A stretch of 64,000 nucleotides of DNA, from the NCBI GenBank assembly GCA_977020255.1, contig CDROCS010000985.1, positions 1 through 64,000 on the forward strand, in the 5' to 3' direction. Of this stretch, positions 31,746 through 42,008 are shown piece by piece. The first letter of the stretch is position 1, and each line of letters begins with the position of its first letter. The notes below the pieces were generated by a model. It saw only the letters and a program-made list of their open reading frames with translations, was not told the DNA's origin and did no database searches. This stretch comes from Obrimoposthia wandeli (taxonomy: Eukaryota). A program made the translations under genes and the position numbers.

Positions 31746-33059
31746 CTAAGTAAAACGACTAATACAGAAAGGTTTAAGGTCGATATCCGTAGGGTGTTCG
31801 GTCATCAGTTGGCCAATAAGTTTGCCGGTAATGGCGCCAAGTGTTAAGCCCAGATGTTGATGGCCTAAGGCAAATAACACATTATTGTGCTTTGGCGCGC
31901 GACCAATAACGGGCAATGAGTCGGGTAGTGAAGGCCTAAAACCTGACCATTGTTGTTCAGGAAGGACAGCTGTTTCGTCAAACTTAGGAGGGGTTGTTAA
32001 CAAATGAGCGGCATTTTTATACAGCATATTTGCACGTTGCATATTTGCAGCTTGCTTTAAGCCTGCAAACTCTGCGGTCCCCGCTAGTCTGAGTCCATGT
32101 GCCATTGGCGTCATAATAAACTTACGTTCTGCGGAGGCCACTGGTCGAGTCAAATTAGTGCATGGTGATTGTGCTAAATCTAAACTATAACCGCGTTCAG
32201 CTTCTATCGGCAGTCGATAGCCTAATTGTTCTACTAATGTTTTCGACCAAGCGCCCGTTGCAATAACGATGCGATCAAATGTCTTGCTCATTACCGTATG
32301 TGTATTTTTATTATTGTTTTGTTGAGTCAAATCCAAAGTGATAGTTTGCTTGTGACAATGGATGTTTTGCACTTCTGCTTTTAAGAAGTTGGCACCTATT
32401 TTAAGGCTTTGCTTAGCGAGTACTTGGCATATAAGGTGTGGATCAGAAGTATGAGCAACATCTGTGAAATATAAAGAATAGTTCACCTGCTCACTAAGGT
32501 TTGGCTCAAGCAATAAGGTTTGCGCCCGATCGAGTAACTTTACGGCAATACCTGCTTTTTGGTAATGGTTAAATAGTTTTACAGCATGTCGCCGCTTTGG
32601 GCTCTCAAATACTAATAAACTGCCTTTACAGACCATTAAATACTCAGCTTTTGCTGCTCGTAATAATGGTTTGTAGTAAACGATAGCATGTCGGTTCAAT
32701 GATTTTAGTGCCGCACTATTTTTCGCCCTTTTACTGGCGAACATATTGGCAATAAACCGTAAAAACCAAGGCAAAGCTTTTGGAAAATATCTTGGTGATA
32801 GCGCAATGGGTCCCAAGGGATCTAATAGAAACTTAGGCAGTTGCCATAATAAACTTACTTCAGCTAATGGAAATACTTGCTCGGTAGCAAAGTGCCCTGC
32901 ATTAGCTTTTGAGCAACCTTCGCCGATTCCTGCTTTATCAATTAAGGTCACTTGAAACCCTAGCGACTGCAGCTCAAGAGCGCAGTTAATACCGATAATT
33001 CCGGCGCCTAATACAGCAACCTGCTTGCCTTGATTATTATTACCTTGCTCGTCACTCAT
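31746..33059 (-). CDS. FAD-dependent D-amino acid dehydrogenase family (probable D-hydroxyproline dehydrogenase)
   Basis: GAGIIG dinucleotide fold, WSGFRP..PDSLPVIG, GHQHLGLT; divergent from the Hyp operon. Confidence 0.82.
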   Translation of the reverse strand: MSDEQGNNNQGKQVAVLGAGIIGINCALELQSLGFQVTLIDKAGIGEGCSKANAGHFATEQVFPLAEVSLLWQLPKFLLDPLGPIALSPRYFPKALPWFLRFIANMFASKRAKNSAALKSLNRHAIVYYKPLLRAAKAEYLMVCKGSLLVFESPKRRHAVKLFNHYQKAGIAVKLLDRAQTLLLEPNLSEQVNYSLYFTDVAHTSDPHLICQVLAKQSLKIGANFLKAEVQNIHCHKQTITLDLTQQNNNKNTHTVMSKTFDRIVIATGAWSKTLVEQLGYRLPIEAERGYSLDLAQSPCTNLTRPVASAERKFIMTPMAHGLRLAGTAEFAGLKQAANMQRANMLYKNAAHLLTTPPKFDETAVLPEQQWSGFRPSLPDSLPVIGRAPKHNNVLFALGHQHLGLTLGAITGKLIGQLMTEHPTDIDLKPFCISRFT

Positions 33060-33273
33060 GTTAACTGGCTCACTAAAACGGGTTATATATCGATCTTTGG
33101 CTCTTAGGCCATAAGAGTCGAAATAAAAATTTCGCTAATACTTAAGCTCAAAATATAGTGAAGCGATAATATCAGCATGCGTTACTACTTTTTATTACTT
33201 TATTTAACATAAGCTTAGCTAGCGATAGTTGTGCTAAAAAATAAATTTATTTTTGCTACTTGTATCGACTTGA

Positions 33274-33289
33274 ATATTGTATACAATAT
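33274..33289. promoter_or_regulatory. GntR-family operator
   Basis: Perfect 16-bp palindrome ATATTGTATACAATAT between the divergent Hyp genes; a GntR gene lies at the cluster end. Confidence 0.7.
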
Positions 33290-33349
33290 ATTTAATTACT
33301 TCTAGCAATAGTTAATAAATAGCTTAAATACAATTAATGGATAAAAATT

Positions 33350-34267
33350 ATGAAGAAAATTACCTGGCAAGGTGTATACCCTGCAGTAACAACGCAATAC
33401 TTTGATGACATGTCAATCAACTTTGACGCAACCCAAGTTATGGTTGATAACCTGATCAAAGAAGGCGTTAATGGGGTTATTGTTTTAGGTACCGTTGGTG
33501 AAAACTGCTCACATAACCGTGAAGAAAAGCGTGCCATTCTTATCGCTGTTTTAGATGTTGTTGCCGGCCGGGTGCCGGTAATTTCAGGGGTTGCGGAAAC
33601 AACCACGCAATTTGCTATTGAATATTCTCAAATGTGTGAAGAAGTTGGCATTGACGGTTTAATGGTGTTACCTGGCATGGTTTATCGTTCAAGTGAGCGC
33701 GAAGCTATTCACCATTATCAGCAAGTTGCTCGTCACTGCAAGTTACCCATTATGATTTATAACAATCCGGTGACGTATGGTGTTGATGTCTCTATTGAAG
33801 GCATGCGTATTTTAGCCGAAGAACCCAGCATTGTTTCGGTCAAAGAAGCGACAGAAGATACTCGACGTATTTCAGAGTTATATAGCGCTTTTGGCGATCG
33901 CTTTATTGTTTTTGGTGGCGTTGATGACATTGCCCTTGAGAGCATAATGTTAGGTTGTACTGGCTGGATTTCGGGGTTAACTAATGTATTTCCACAAGAG
34001 TCAGTGGCATTATTTAAATTAGCACAGCAAGGGCGTTTTCAAGAGGCCCTTGAGATTTGGCGTTGGTTCTTACCATTATTACGTTTAGATACTATTCCTA
34101 CCTTAGTGCAATGTATTAAGTTGTGCGAACAACTTGCCGGCCGTGGTAGTGAAATCACACGCGCTCCTCGTATGCCGCTTGTTGGTGAAGAGCGTGCTTA
34201 TGTTGAGAAACTTTACAATGAAGCGGTAGCAACAAGAATCGATTTAAGTAAATTTAACTTAGCTTAA
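33350..34267 (+). CDS. DapA-like protein (probable 1-pyrroline-4-hydroxy-2-carboxylate deaminase)
   Basis: GTVGE, IYNNP, VKEAT (Schiff-base Lys); hydroxyproline cluster context. Confidence 0.85.
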   Translation: MKKITWQGVYPAVTTQYFDDMSINFDATQVMVDNLIKEGVNGVIVLGTVGENCSHNREEKRAILIAVLDVVAGRVPVISGVAETTTQFAIEYSQMCEEVGIDGLMVLPGMVYRSSEREAIHHYQQVARHCKLPIMIYNNPVTYGVDVSIEGMRILAEEPSIVSVKEATEDTRRISELYSAFGDRFIVFGGVDDIALESIMLGCTGWISGLTNVFPQESVALFKLAQQGRFQEALEIWRWFLPLLRLDTIPTLVQCIKLCEQLAGRGSEITRAPRMPLVGEERAYVEKLYNEAVATRIDLSKFNLA

Positions 34268-34301
34268 CTTAACTTAGCATGCTCTGCTTTGATTTTAGTT
34301 T

Positions 34302-34333
34302 GAACTCATGTTCGACCACCCGAACATGAGTTC
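34302..34333. other. Perfect 13-bp intra-operon hairpin
   Basis: GAACTCATGTTCG-accacc-CGAACATGAGTTC. Confidence 0.7.
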
Positions 34334-34380
34334 TTTGCTCTATATTCAAGCTGAAAAAGAGCGACGGAGGCCAATATAAA

Positions 34381-35394
34381 ATGATTAAAGGCACTTTTTC
34401 TTGTATTGACGCACATACCTGTGGCAATCCTGTTCGTTTAGTCACGAGTGATCATCCCGATTTACGGGGTAACACTATGAGTGAAAAACGACAGGACTTT
34501 TTACAAAATTATGATTGGATACGTCAAGGTTTGATGTTTGAACCTCGTGGGCACGACATGATGTCCGGCGCTTTTTTGTATCCGGCATGTTCTGATAATG
34601 CTGATGGCTCTATTTTGTTTATAGAAACCTCTGGCTGCTTGCCAATGTGCGGACATGGCACGATTGGCACGGTTACCGCAGCGTTAGAGAATAAGCTATT
34701 AAAGCCCAAAGTAGCAGGAAAGCTAGTATTAGATGTACCTGCAGGGCAAATTAGCGTTGAGTATCAAACCCAAGGTGAGAAAGTCACGGCTGTACGCTTG
34801 CTCAATGTCGCCTCTTATTTAGCCCATCAAGATATTGAGCTAGACATTCCAAGTTTAGGGAAATTGACGGTTGACGTAGCATATGGCGGTAATTTTTACG
34901 TCATCGTTGAACCGCAAGAGAACTTTCCTGGTATTGATCAATGGCGGGCGGATGACATTCTTCATTGGAGTCCCATCGTGCGTGAAGTGGCAGACAAAGT
35001 CCTGAGTTGCGTTCACCCAGAAGATGACACTGTTGTGGGGGTGAGTCATGTACTTTGGACTGGAAAAACACAAACATCAGGCTCTGATGGTGCCAATGCC
35101 GTATTTTATGGTGAAAAGGCCATCGACCGTTCACCGTGTGGTACCGGCACAAGTGCGCGTATGGCGCAGCTTTTTGCCAAAGGCAAATTAAAGCTAGGTG
35201 ATAGCTTTATCCATGAAAGCTACATTGGTAGCCAGTTTGTTGGTCGGGTAGAGGAGGTTGTCCAACTGCAATCAGCAACAGGAGTTATCCAAGCGATTAA
35301 ACCCAGTATTGAAGGTTGGGCACATGTCTTTGGAAAAAACTGTATCACCATAGATGATAGTGATCCCTATGCGACGGGCTTTGTTGTTATTTAG
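34381..35394 (+). CDS. 4-hydroxyproline 2-epimerase (proline racemase family)
   Basis: EPRGH, SGCLPMCGHGTIG and DRSPCGTGT (both catalytic Cys). Confidence 0.9.
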   Translation: MIKGTFSCIDAHTCGNPVRLVTSDHPDLRGNTMSEKRQDFLQNYDWIRQGLMFEPRGHDMMSGAFLYPACSDNADGSILFIETSGCLPMCGHGTIGTVTAALENKLLKPKVAGKLVLDVPAGQISVEYQTQGEKVTAVRLLNVASYLAHQDIELDIPSLGKLTVDVAYGGNFYVIVEPQENFPGIDQWRADDILHWSPIVREVADKVLSCVHPEDDTVVGVSHVLWTGKTQTSGSDGANAVFYGEKAIDRSPCGTGTSARMAQLFAKGKLKLGDSFIHESYIGSQFVGRVEEVVQLQSATGVIQAIKPSIEGWAHVFGKNCITIDDSDPYATGFVVI

Positions 35395-35479
35395 GCCAAA
35401 ATCTTAAACGTGCGACTTGAAGCTAATTTAACGTAGCCGTTTTTTTATCTACTGATTTTAAAAAATTTGAGAGATTATT

Positions 35480-37000
35480 ATGACAATTACAGGTAAAAAT
35501 TTAATTGCTGGGCAGTGGTCTGGCGAGACGAAGCACGGTTTTGTTGCATTTAATGCGCTTGAAAATGTTGCCTTAACAACCCGTTTTGCTGATGCGACAT
35601 CCACTGAAATTGATTGTGCGATCAGTGCAGCCGATAGCGCTTTTATGGCTTATAGCCAGTTACCTGCGGCGCACAGAGCAACTTTTTTACGTACTATTGG
35701 TGAGCAAATATTAGCCTTAGGCGATGAGCTTATTGAAAATGCATGTGCAGAAACAGGCTTACCTGCTGCGCGAATTCAAGGTGAGCGAGGACGCACAGTA
35801 GGGCAGTTGAACTTATTTGCTGATTTATTAGATAAAGGTGAATATCAAGCGGTTATTGACTTAGCCGACCCACAGCGAACCCCATTAGTAAAACCAGACA
35901 CACGACTAGGTTACTTACCCTTGGGTGTGGTAGGTGTTTTTGCCGCGAGTAATTTTCCGTTAGCATTTTCAACGGCAGGCGGTGATACCGCTTCCGCTCT
36001 TGCTGCTGGTTGCCCTGTGATTATGAAAGCACATGCTGCGCATCCTGCAACTGCCGAACTAGTTGCCCAAGCAATGCTGAAAGCAATGGAGTTAACTGGA
36101 ATTAATCCTGCCGTGTTCTCTTTAATTCAAGGGAAAGATTATGCTATTGCTAGCCAAATAGTGACACACCCATCGATAAAGGCCGTTGGTTTTACTGGCT
36201 CTGAACGTGTAGGGATGATTTTACAACAGCAGATTAATCAACGTCCGGAGCCTATTCCATTTTATGGGGAATTAGGTAGTGTTAATCCACAATTCATTCT
36301 TGCTAACAAACTTAACAATGATGCTAACGATATTGCCAGTGCTTTAGTTGCTTCTTTAATGATGGGGCAGGGACAGTTTTGTACGAGCCCAGGTCTTTGG
36401 TTTGTCGTTGATGATGAAAAATATCCACAATTTGCAGAAACGGCGGCAAGTGAAATATCAGCAACTCAAGCGGGCGTGATGTTAACCCCTGGTATAGCAA
36501 CATCATTCAAAAGTACGGTTAGAGATTGGACAGAAATATCGGGTGTTGAGCTATTGGCACAAGGACAAACAGGTCAAGAACATTTCTGCCAATCCGCATT
36601 ATTTAGTACTGACTTTGGAACTTTTTCGGCTAATGCTATGTTACAAGAAGAGGTTTTTGGTGCTGCTGCTTTGGTGGTGAAATGTGCCAATTTCAATGAA
36701 ATGCTACAAGCTATAACGTCGTTAAAAGGCAATTTAACCGCCAGTATTCATGCGTTAGCAAGTGACAGCGAAGACGCTAAAGCTGTCGCTAATATTCTAG
36801 TACATAAAGTTGGACGTTTAATTTACAACCAAATGCCAACAGGTGTAGAAGTTTGTGCATCAATGAACCATGGCGGACCATTCCCTGCGTCAACCAATAT
36901 TCGCAGTACTTCAGTGGGAAGCGAAGCTATTAAACGTTTTCAGCGACCTATTTGTTATCAGAATATGCCTAGTGAGTTGTTGCCCGAACTATTGCAATAA
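35480..37000 (+). CDS. NADP-dependent aldehyde dehydrogenase (alpha-ketoglutarate semialdehyde dehydrogenase type)
   Basis: ASNFPLAFS, GFTGS, ELGSVNP, GQFCTSPG, HGGPFPAS. Confidence 0.9.
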   Translation: MTITGKNLIAGQWSGETKHGFVAFNALENVALTTRFADATSTEIDCAISAADSAFMAYSQLPAAHRATFLRTIGEQILALGDELIENACAETGLPAARIQGERGRTVGQLNLFADLLDKGEYQAVIDLADPQRTPLVKPDTRLGYLPLGVVGVFAASNFPLAFSTAGGDTASALAAGCPVIMKAHAAHPATAELVAQAMLKAMELTGINPAVFSLIQGKDYAIASQIVTHPSIKAVGFTGSERVGMILQQQINQRPEPIPFYGELGSVNPQFILANKLNNDANDIASALVASLMMGQGQFCTSPGLWFVVDDEKYPQFAETAASEISATQAGVMLTPGIATSFKSTVRDWTEISGVELLAQGQTGQEHFCQSALFSTDFGTFSANAMLQEEVFGAAALVVKCANFNEMLQAITSLKGNLTASIHALASDSEDAKAVANILVHKVGRLIYNQMPTGVEVCASMNHGGPFPASTNIRSTSVGSEAIKRFQRPICYQNMPSELLPELLQ

Positions 37001-37040
37001 TAAGTTTATTTAAGCTTCTAAATAAATTTTCCTTAAAATT

Positions 37041-37070
37041 AAAAGAGTTATCTATGATAACTCTTTTTTT
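37041..37070 (+). terminator. Rho-independent terminator
   Basis: AAAAGAGTTATC-tat-GATAACTCTTTTTTT. Confidence 0.75.
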
Positions 37071-37124
37071 TGTGTTTAGCGTGCGAGTCTCTATAATAGC
37101 GGTAATATTCCTAGGAAGCCCAGT

Positions 37125-37796
37125 ATGAGCATAGTATATAAAACAAGAACTCAATTAGTCGTCGAAACACTGAGAGAAAAAATCTTAAGTGGTGAGATTA
37201 AAGCCGGCCAACCTTTAAGACAAGCAGCATTAGCGGAAGAATTGAACGTCAGTCGAATTCCAATCAGAGAAGCGTTATTACAACTTGAAGGTGAAGGTTT
37301 AGTTGCTTTTGAACCTCATAAAGGTGCTACGGCAACCGAGTTAAATGCTGACCAAGTTGATGAACTTTTTGAATTACGTGCAATGTTAGAGGGCGAGTTA
37401 CTGGCGAATTCATTACCACGTATCAGTAATGAAAAACTAGAAGAAGCTACGCAAGTACTGAAAAAACTAGATAAAGCTTTGGGTAAAGAAAATGCAGTAA
37501 ATACTTGGAGTGAACTTAACTCTAATTACCATAATTGCTTATATTCTGGCGCTGACCGTCCGCAAACACAAGACTTGGTTAATACCCTCAATAAAAATGC
37601 CGACCGTTATATTCGTATGCACTTACTTTGGGCAGGCGGTATTTCTAAAGCTGAATCAGAACACAATGAAATTTTAGCCTTATGTAAAGCTCGTGATGTC
37701 GAAAAAGCGGTGGCATTGTTAAAACAGCACATTTTGGGTTCTCGTGACGAAATAAAAGCTTTTTTGAATGAGCGTGAATCTATCACTAGCGGTTAG
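37125..37796 (+). CDS. GntR family (FCD) transcriptional regulator
   Basis: LAEELNVSRIPIREAL HTH; C-terminal FCD with EH..IL. Confidence 0.93.
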   Translation: MSIVYKTRTQLVVETLREKILSGEIKAGQPLRQAALAEELNVSRIPIREALLQLEGEGLVAFEPHKGATATELNADQVDELFELRAMLEGELLANSLPRISNEKLEEATQVLKKLDKALGKENAVNTWSELNSNYHNCLYSGADRPQTQDLVNTLNKNADRYIRMHLLWAGGISKAESEHNEILALCKARDVEKAVALLKQHILGSRDEIKAFLNERESITSG

Positions 37797-38083
37797 TTTT
37801 ACATTAACTTTTTAATATAAAAATATCTGACTAATCTATAGCTTAGAGACGATATTTGCTTGAAAATTCTTGATGTAATTTTGAGCATTTATTGACTTTT
37901 TGCTAATATATCTATAGTATTCCCGCGCCTTCAAGCCCCGAAAGATAACGATTATCGTTTAACCCTACTGGTATAAACTGCCAATCATTAAGTGCTATCG
38001 GGTCTATGCCTACGTATTTAAATATCAGCCAGCTAATGACACTGGTTTGTATTTTTGATGTTCTAATCAAAGTTGAGAAAAAA

Positions 38084-39640
38084 ATGTTTGAATTACACGC
38101 CAGTAAAGTGGCAAATTTGAAAAATGATGTGCTGTCGGGCTTCACCGTAGCCTTAGCACTAGTACCTGAAGCTGTAGCATTTGCCTTTGTTGCTGGTGTG
38201 GAGCCATTAGTTGGTTTATATGCTGCTTTTATGGTGGGTTTAATTACTTCTATATTTGGTGGTCGTCCAGGCATGATCTCGGGTGCTACCGGTGCAATGG
38301 CTGTGGTCATGGTGAGCTTAGTTGCTATTCATGGGGTTGAATATTTATTTGCCACTGTAGTGTTAACTGGGGTGCTGCAAATACTTGCGGGGCTGTTTAA
38401 ACTAGGTAAATTTATCCGTTTGGTGCCGCATCCGGTTATGCTCGGTTTTGTTAATGGCTTAGCTATTGTTATTTTTCTTGCTCAATTAGGGCAATTTAAA
38501 GTAATGAATGAAGAGGGTGTATTAGCCTGGATGCAGGGTAGCCAAATGTTCACTATGGTTGGTCTAATAGTGCTAACGATGGCAATTATTCACTTTTTAC
38601 CTAAATTAACGAAAGCGGTACCGTCTTCGCTGGTAGCGATTGTTGTGGTAACGTTTTTAGTGCAAAGTCTTGATTTAGATGCACGTACTGTTGTTGACTT
38701 TGTGCGTGACATGACCAATGACCCAGCCGCTTCTATTGCTGGCGGCTTACCGCAATTTAGTATCCCTAACGTGCCGTTTAACCTTGAAACATTACAAGTT
38801 ATTCTGCCATTCGCCCTGATCTTAGCGGCCATTGGTTTAATCGAATCTTTGTTAACCTTAACACTTATTGATGAGCTTACGGGCACACGCGGTCAAGGTA
38901 ACAAAGAATGTGTCGCTCAAGGTGCTGCAAATACGGTTACAGGATTTTTTGGTGGTATGGGTGGTTGTGCCATGATTGGCCAGTCGATGATCAATGTGAA
39001 CTCTGGTGGACGTGGTCGCATGTCTGGTGTCACGGCAGCGCTTGCATTACTGGGCTTTATTTTATTTGCTTCAGGGCTAATTGAACAAATACCGCTAGCA
39101 GCACTTGTTGGTGTGATGTTTATTGTGGTTATTGGTACTTTTGAATGGTCGAGCATTCGTATTGTTGGCAAAGTGCCAAAAGCCGATGCCTTCGTCATGA
39201 TTTTGGTCTCTGCGGTTACGGTAGCGACTGATTTAGCGATAGCGGTTGTTGTAGGTGTGATTGTTTCAGCACTGGTTTTTGCTTGGGAACATGCCAAACA
39301 TGTTATTGTACATCGTTCGATTAATGCTAACGGTTCGACGGTATACGATGTTAATGGCCCGTTATTTTTCGGTTCGGTATCAAGCTTTTTAGAGCAATTT
39401 GATATGGAAGCTGATAGCGATGATGTTATTGTTGAGTTTAAAAACTCACGCGTTGCTGACCATTCAGCTATTGAAGCGATTGATACCTTAGCTGAACGTT
39501 ACTTGAGTCGTGGTAAAAAAATGCATTTAAGGCATTTGAGTAACGACTGTACGCAGCTCTTAACCAAAGCTGGTAGCTTAGTGGAAATCAACGTCATTGA
39601 AGACCCAGATTACCATATTGCGTCAGACAAGTTAGGTTAA
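38084..39640 (+). CDS. SulP family anion transporter with STAS domain
   Basis: [34 protein letters not shown]; likely ATG at 38084. Confidence 0.93.
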   Translation: MFELHASKVANLKNDVLSGFTVALALVPEAVAFAFVAGVEPLVGLYAAFMVGLITSIFGGRPGMISGATGAMAVVMVSLVAIHGVEYLFATVVLTGVLQILAGLFKLGKFIRLVPHPVMLGFVNGLAIVIFLAQLGQFKVMNEEGVLAWMQGSQMFTMVGLIVLTMAIIHFLPKLTKAVPSSLVAIVVVTFLVQSLDLDARTVVDFVRDMTNDPAASIAGGLPQFSIPNVPFNLETLQVILPFALILAAIGLIESLLTLTLIDELTGTRGQGNKECVAQGAANTVTGFFGGMGGCAMIGQSMINVNSGGRGRMSGVTAALALLGFILFASGLIEQIPLAALVGVMFIVVIGTFEWSSIRIVGKVPKADAFVMILVSAVTVATDLAIAVVVGVIVSALVFAWEHAKHVIVHRSINANGSTVYDVNGPLFFGSVSSFLEQFDMEADSDDVIVEFKNSRVADHSAIEAIDTLAERYLSRGKKMHLRHLSNDCTQLLTKAGSLVEINVIEDPDYHIASDKLG

Positions 39641-39755
39641 GTCATTGACAAGATACGATAAGCTATACTTGTCGTATCTTTCCAATCGACTTATCTTAGC
39701 GCAGTGTTAAATAAGTCAAAACCAAGCTACATTAGCTTTAAAGAAATTTGAATAG

Positions 39756-40061
39756 ATGCAGTTAGAATTTTTTGATGTTCCTAGCCCTTGTATTGGTATT
39801 TGTCAGTCAGATGACAAAGGTCAATGCTCAGGCTGTTTTCGTACGAGAGACGAGCGCTTAAGCTGGGTATCATTTAATTCTGACGAGCGTCAAAAAGTGA
39901 TAAAACGTTGCCAACAACGTAAAAAGCGTAAAAATAAACCTACAAAAATTAAAGTCGAAGAAGTTGTTGCTGAAAATAAACAAGCATCTTTGCTCGATAC
40001 ACCAATGAAGCCCCACCTTGATAACAGTAGTGATTTTGATTTCGACGATTTTGAACTCTAG
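39756..40061 (+). CDS. DUF1289 domain protein
   Basis: PSPCIGIC....C.GCFR..ER..W. Confidence 0.85.
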   Translation: MQLEFFDVPSPCIGICQSDDKGQCSGCFRTRDERLSWVSFNSDERQKVIKRCQQRKKRKNKPTKIKVEEVVAENKQASLLDTPMKPHLDNSSDFDFDDFEL

Positions 40062-40080
40062 AAATACGCATGGCTAAAAG

Positions 40081-40145
40081 TCATCAATAATTATCATCAA
40101 TAACTGTCATCACTAGTTACCATCGTTAACTACCATTAATAACTA
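40081..40145. repeat. Five degenerate 13-bp tandem repeats
   Basis: TCATCAATAATTA TCATCAATAACTG TCATCACTAGTTA CCATCGTTAACTA CCATTAATAACTA. Confidence 0.6.
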
Positions 40146-40624
40146 ACATGAATCATTTTTATCGTTAAACGTCAGGGGAAGAAGCTCAAACATAAAGTGT
40201 CATCACATAACACAGTCACTCAGCACCACCATTATATATCGTTACTTATCGCAGATAATTGACGGTTTAACGCAATTGCTCAACTCCACCATATAGCTGG
40301 CTTGTTGTTAGCAACATTTCATAATATTGTAATGATTAACAGTAATTATTCGCCTCGAATAATGCCTGTTACTTCAATGGGGACAATCCCCCTTTGATCA
40401 ATTATTTGTCGATTAGCAATGCTTGAAATGAAAAATGATGTGGCTGGGCAACGAGTGAATTAAGTCATTATTGACTTAATTTTTTATCTCACGCGTAGCC
40501 ATGTTATAACAGAGTCGCTAAGCTAATTAACCAAGTAATAAGCCTTATAATAATAAGCTCATACAATAGTTGTGATTAACATGATGTTATTTTGCAATGT
40601 GTGTAGCAATACAGGAACATTTTT

Positions 40625-42007
40625 ATGCAAAAATTTCTACCATCGCTAGTGATGGCAGCACTTTCTGTTGCCTTGACTGGTTGTTTGCAAAGCGAACAAC
40701 AAGACGAAAAAGTCGTCATAAATAAAAATCCATATCCAAGTACTTATAAAGTATTACCGCTGCAAACCACCTTAATTAAAAATGCCACCGTACTAACAGG
40801 CACGGGCAGTCGGATGGATAATGCCGATGTTTTGATGGTAGATGGTAAAATTAACAAAGTGGGTAAAAATTTAGTGGCTGATGGCGCCGTTGAAATTGAC
40901 GCTAATGGTAAATGGATAACACCGGGTATTATTGATGTGCATTCGCACTTAGGTGTATACCCAAGTCCTTCAGTTGAGTCGCATTCTGACGGCAATGAAA
41001 TGAGTTCGCCTAATACTTCAGAAGTATGGGCTGAACATAGCATTTGGCCGCAAGACCCAGGTTTTGAAGCGGCCCGTGAAGGCGGTATTACGACACTACA
41101 AATTTTACCTGGCTCAGCAAACTTATTTGGTGGTCGTGGTGTTACGCTGCGCAATGTACCTAGCCCAACAATGCAAGGGATGAAATTTCCAGAGGCTCCT
41201 TACGGTTTAAAAATGGCTTGTGGTGAAAACCCTAAGCGAGTTTATGGCGCACGTAAAATTTTACCTTCAACACGTATGGGTAATATGGCTGGATATCGCA
41301 TGGCTTGGGCAAAAGCAACTGAATATAAGCAGGCTTGGGAACGCTATGACGCTGATTACGCTGCGGGTAAAAATCCGATAGCACCGATGCGTGATATTGA
41401 ATTAGATACCTTAAAAGGTGTGCTAGATGGTGATATTTTAATTCATAACCATTGTTATAAAGCCGAAGAAATGGCGATGATGATTGATTTAGGTAAAGAG
41501 TTTAACTATGACTCAGGCACTTTTCATCATGCTATTGAAGCTTACAAAATAGCCGATATGCTAGCCGAAAATGGCAATTGTGCAGCCATGTGGCCAGACT
41601 GGTGGGGCTTTAAAATGGAAGCTTATGACATGGTGCATGAAAATGTCGCGATTGTTGATGCCGTTAAAAACTCTTGCGCCGTAGTGCACTCTGATTCAGC
41701 CAGTACTATTCAACGCTTGAACCAAGAAGCGGGTAAAGTGATGTATCGTGCCAATGAAAATGGCTTTGATATCAAACCAGAACTTGCCATCACTTGGATC
41801 ACCGAAAATGCCGCTAAATCGATTGGCTTAGCCGAAAAAACCGGTAGCTTAGAAGCTGGGAAAAATGCTGATGTCGTTATTTGGAATCAAAACCCATTCA
41901 GTGTTTATGCTCAAGCTGAACAAGTGTTTGTTGATGGGGCTAAAGTTTACGACCGTTTTGATGAAAAATACCAAGCAAAAAGCGATTTCCTGTTAGGTCA
42001 AAGATAA
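40625..42007 (+). CDS. Amidohydrolase family lipoprotein
   Basis: Lipobox LTGC; PGIIDVHSH metal motif; KMACGENPK; HSD. Confidence 0.9.
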   Translation: MQKFLPSLVMAALSVALTGCLQSEQQDEKVVINKNPYPSTYKVLPLQTTLIKNATVLTGTGSRMDNADVLMVDGKINKVGKNLVADGAVEIDANGKWITPGIIDVHSHLGVYPSPSVESHSDGNEMSSPNTSEVWAEHSIWPQDPGFEAAREGGITTLQILPGSANLFGGRGVTLRNVPSPTMQGMKFPEAPYGLKMACGENPKRVYGARKILPSTRMGNMAGYRMAWAKATEYKQAWERYDADYAAGKNPIAPMRDIELDTLKGVLDGDILIHNHCYKAEEMAMMIDLGKEFNYDSGTFHHAIEAYKIADMLAENGNCAAMWPDWWGFKMEAYDMVHENVAIVDAVKNSCAVVHSDSASTIQRLNQEAGKVMYRANENGFDIKPELAITWITENAAKSIGLAEKTGSLEAGKNADVVIWNQNPFSVYAQAEQVFVDGAKVYDRFDEKYQAKSDFLLGQR

Positions 42008-42008
42008 G

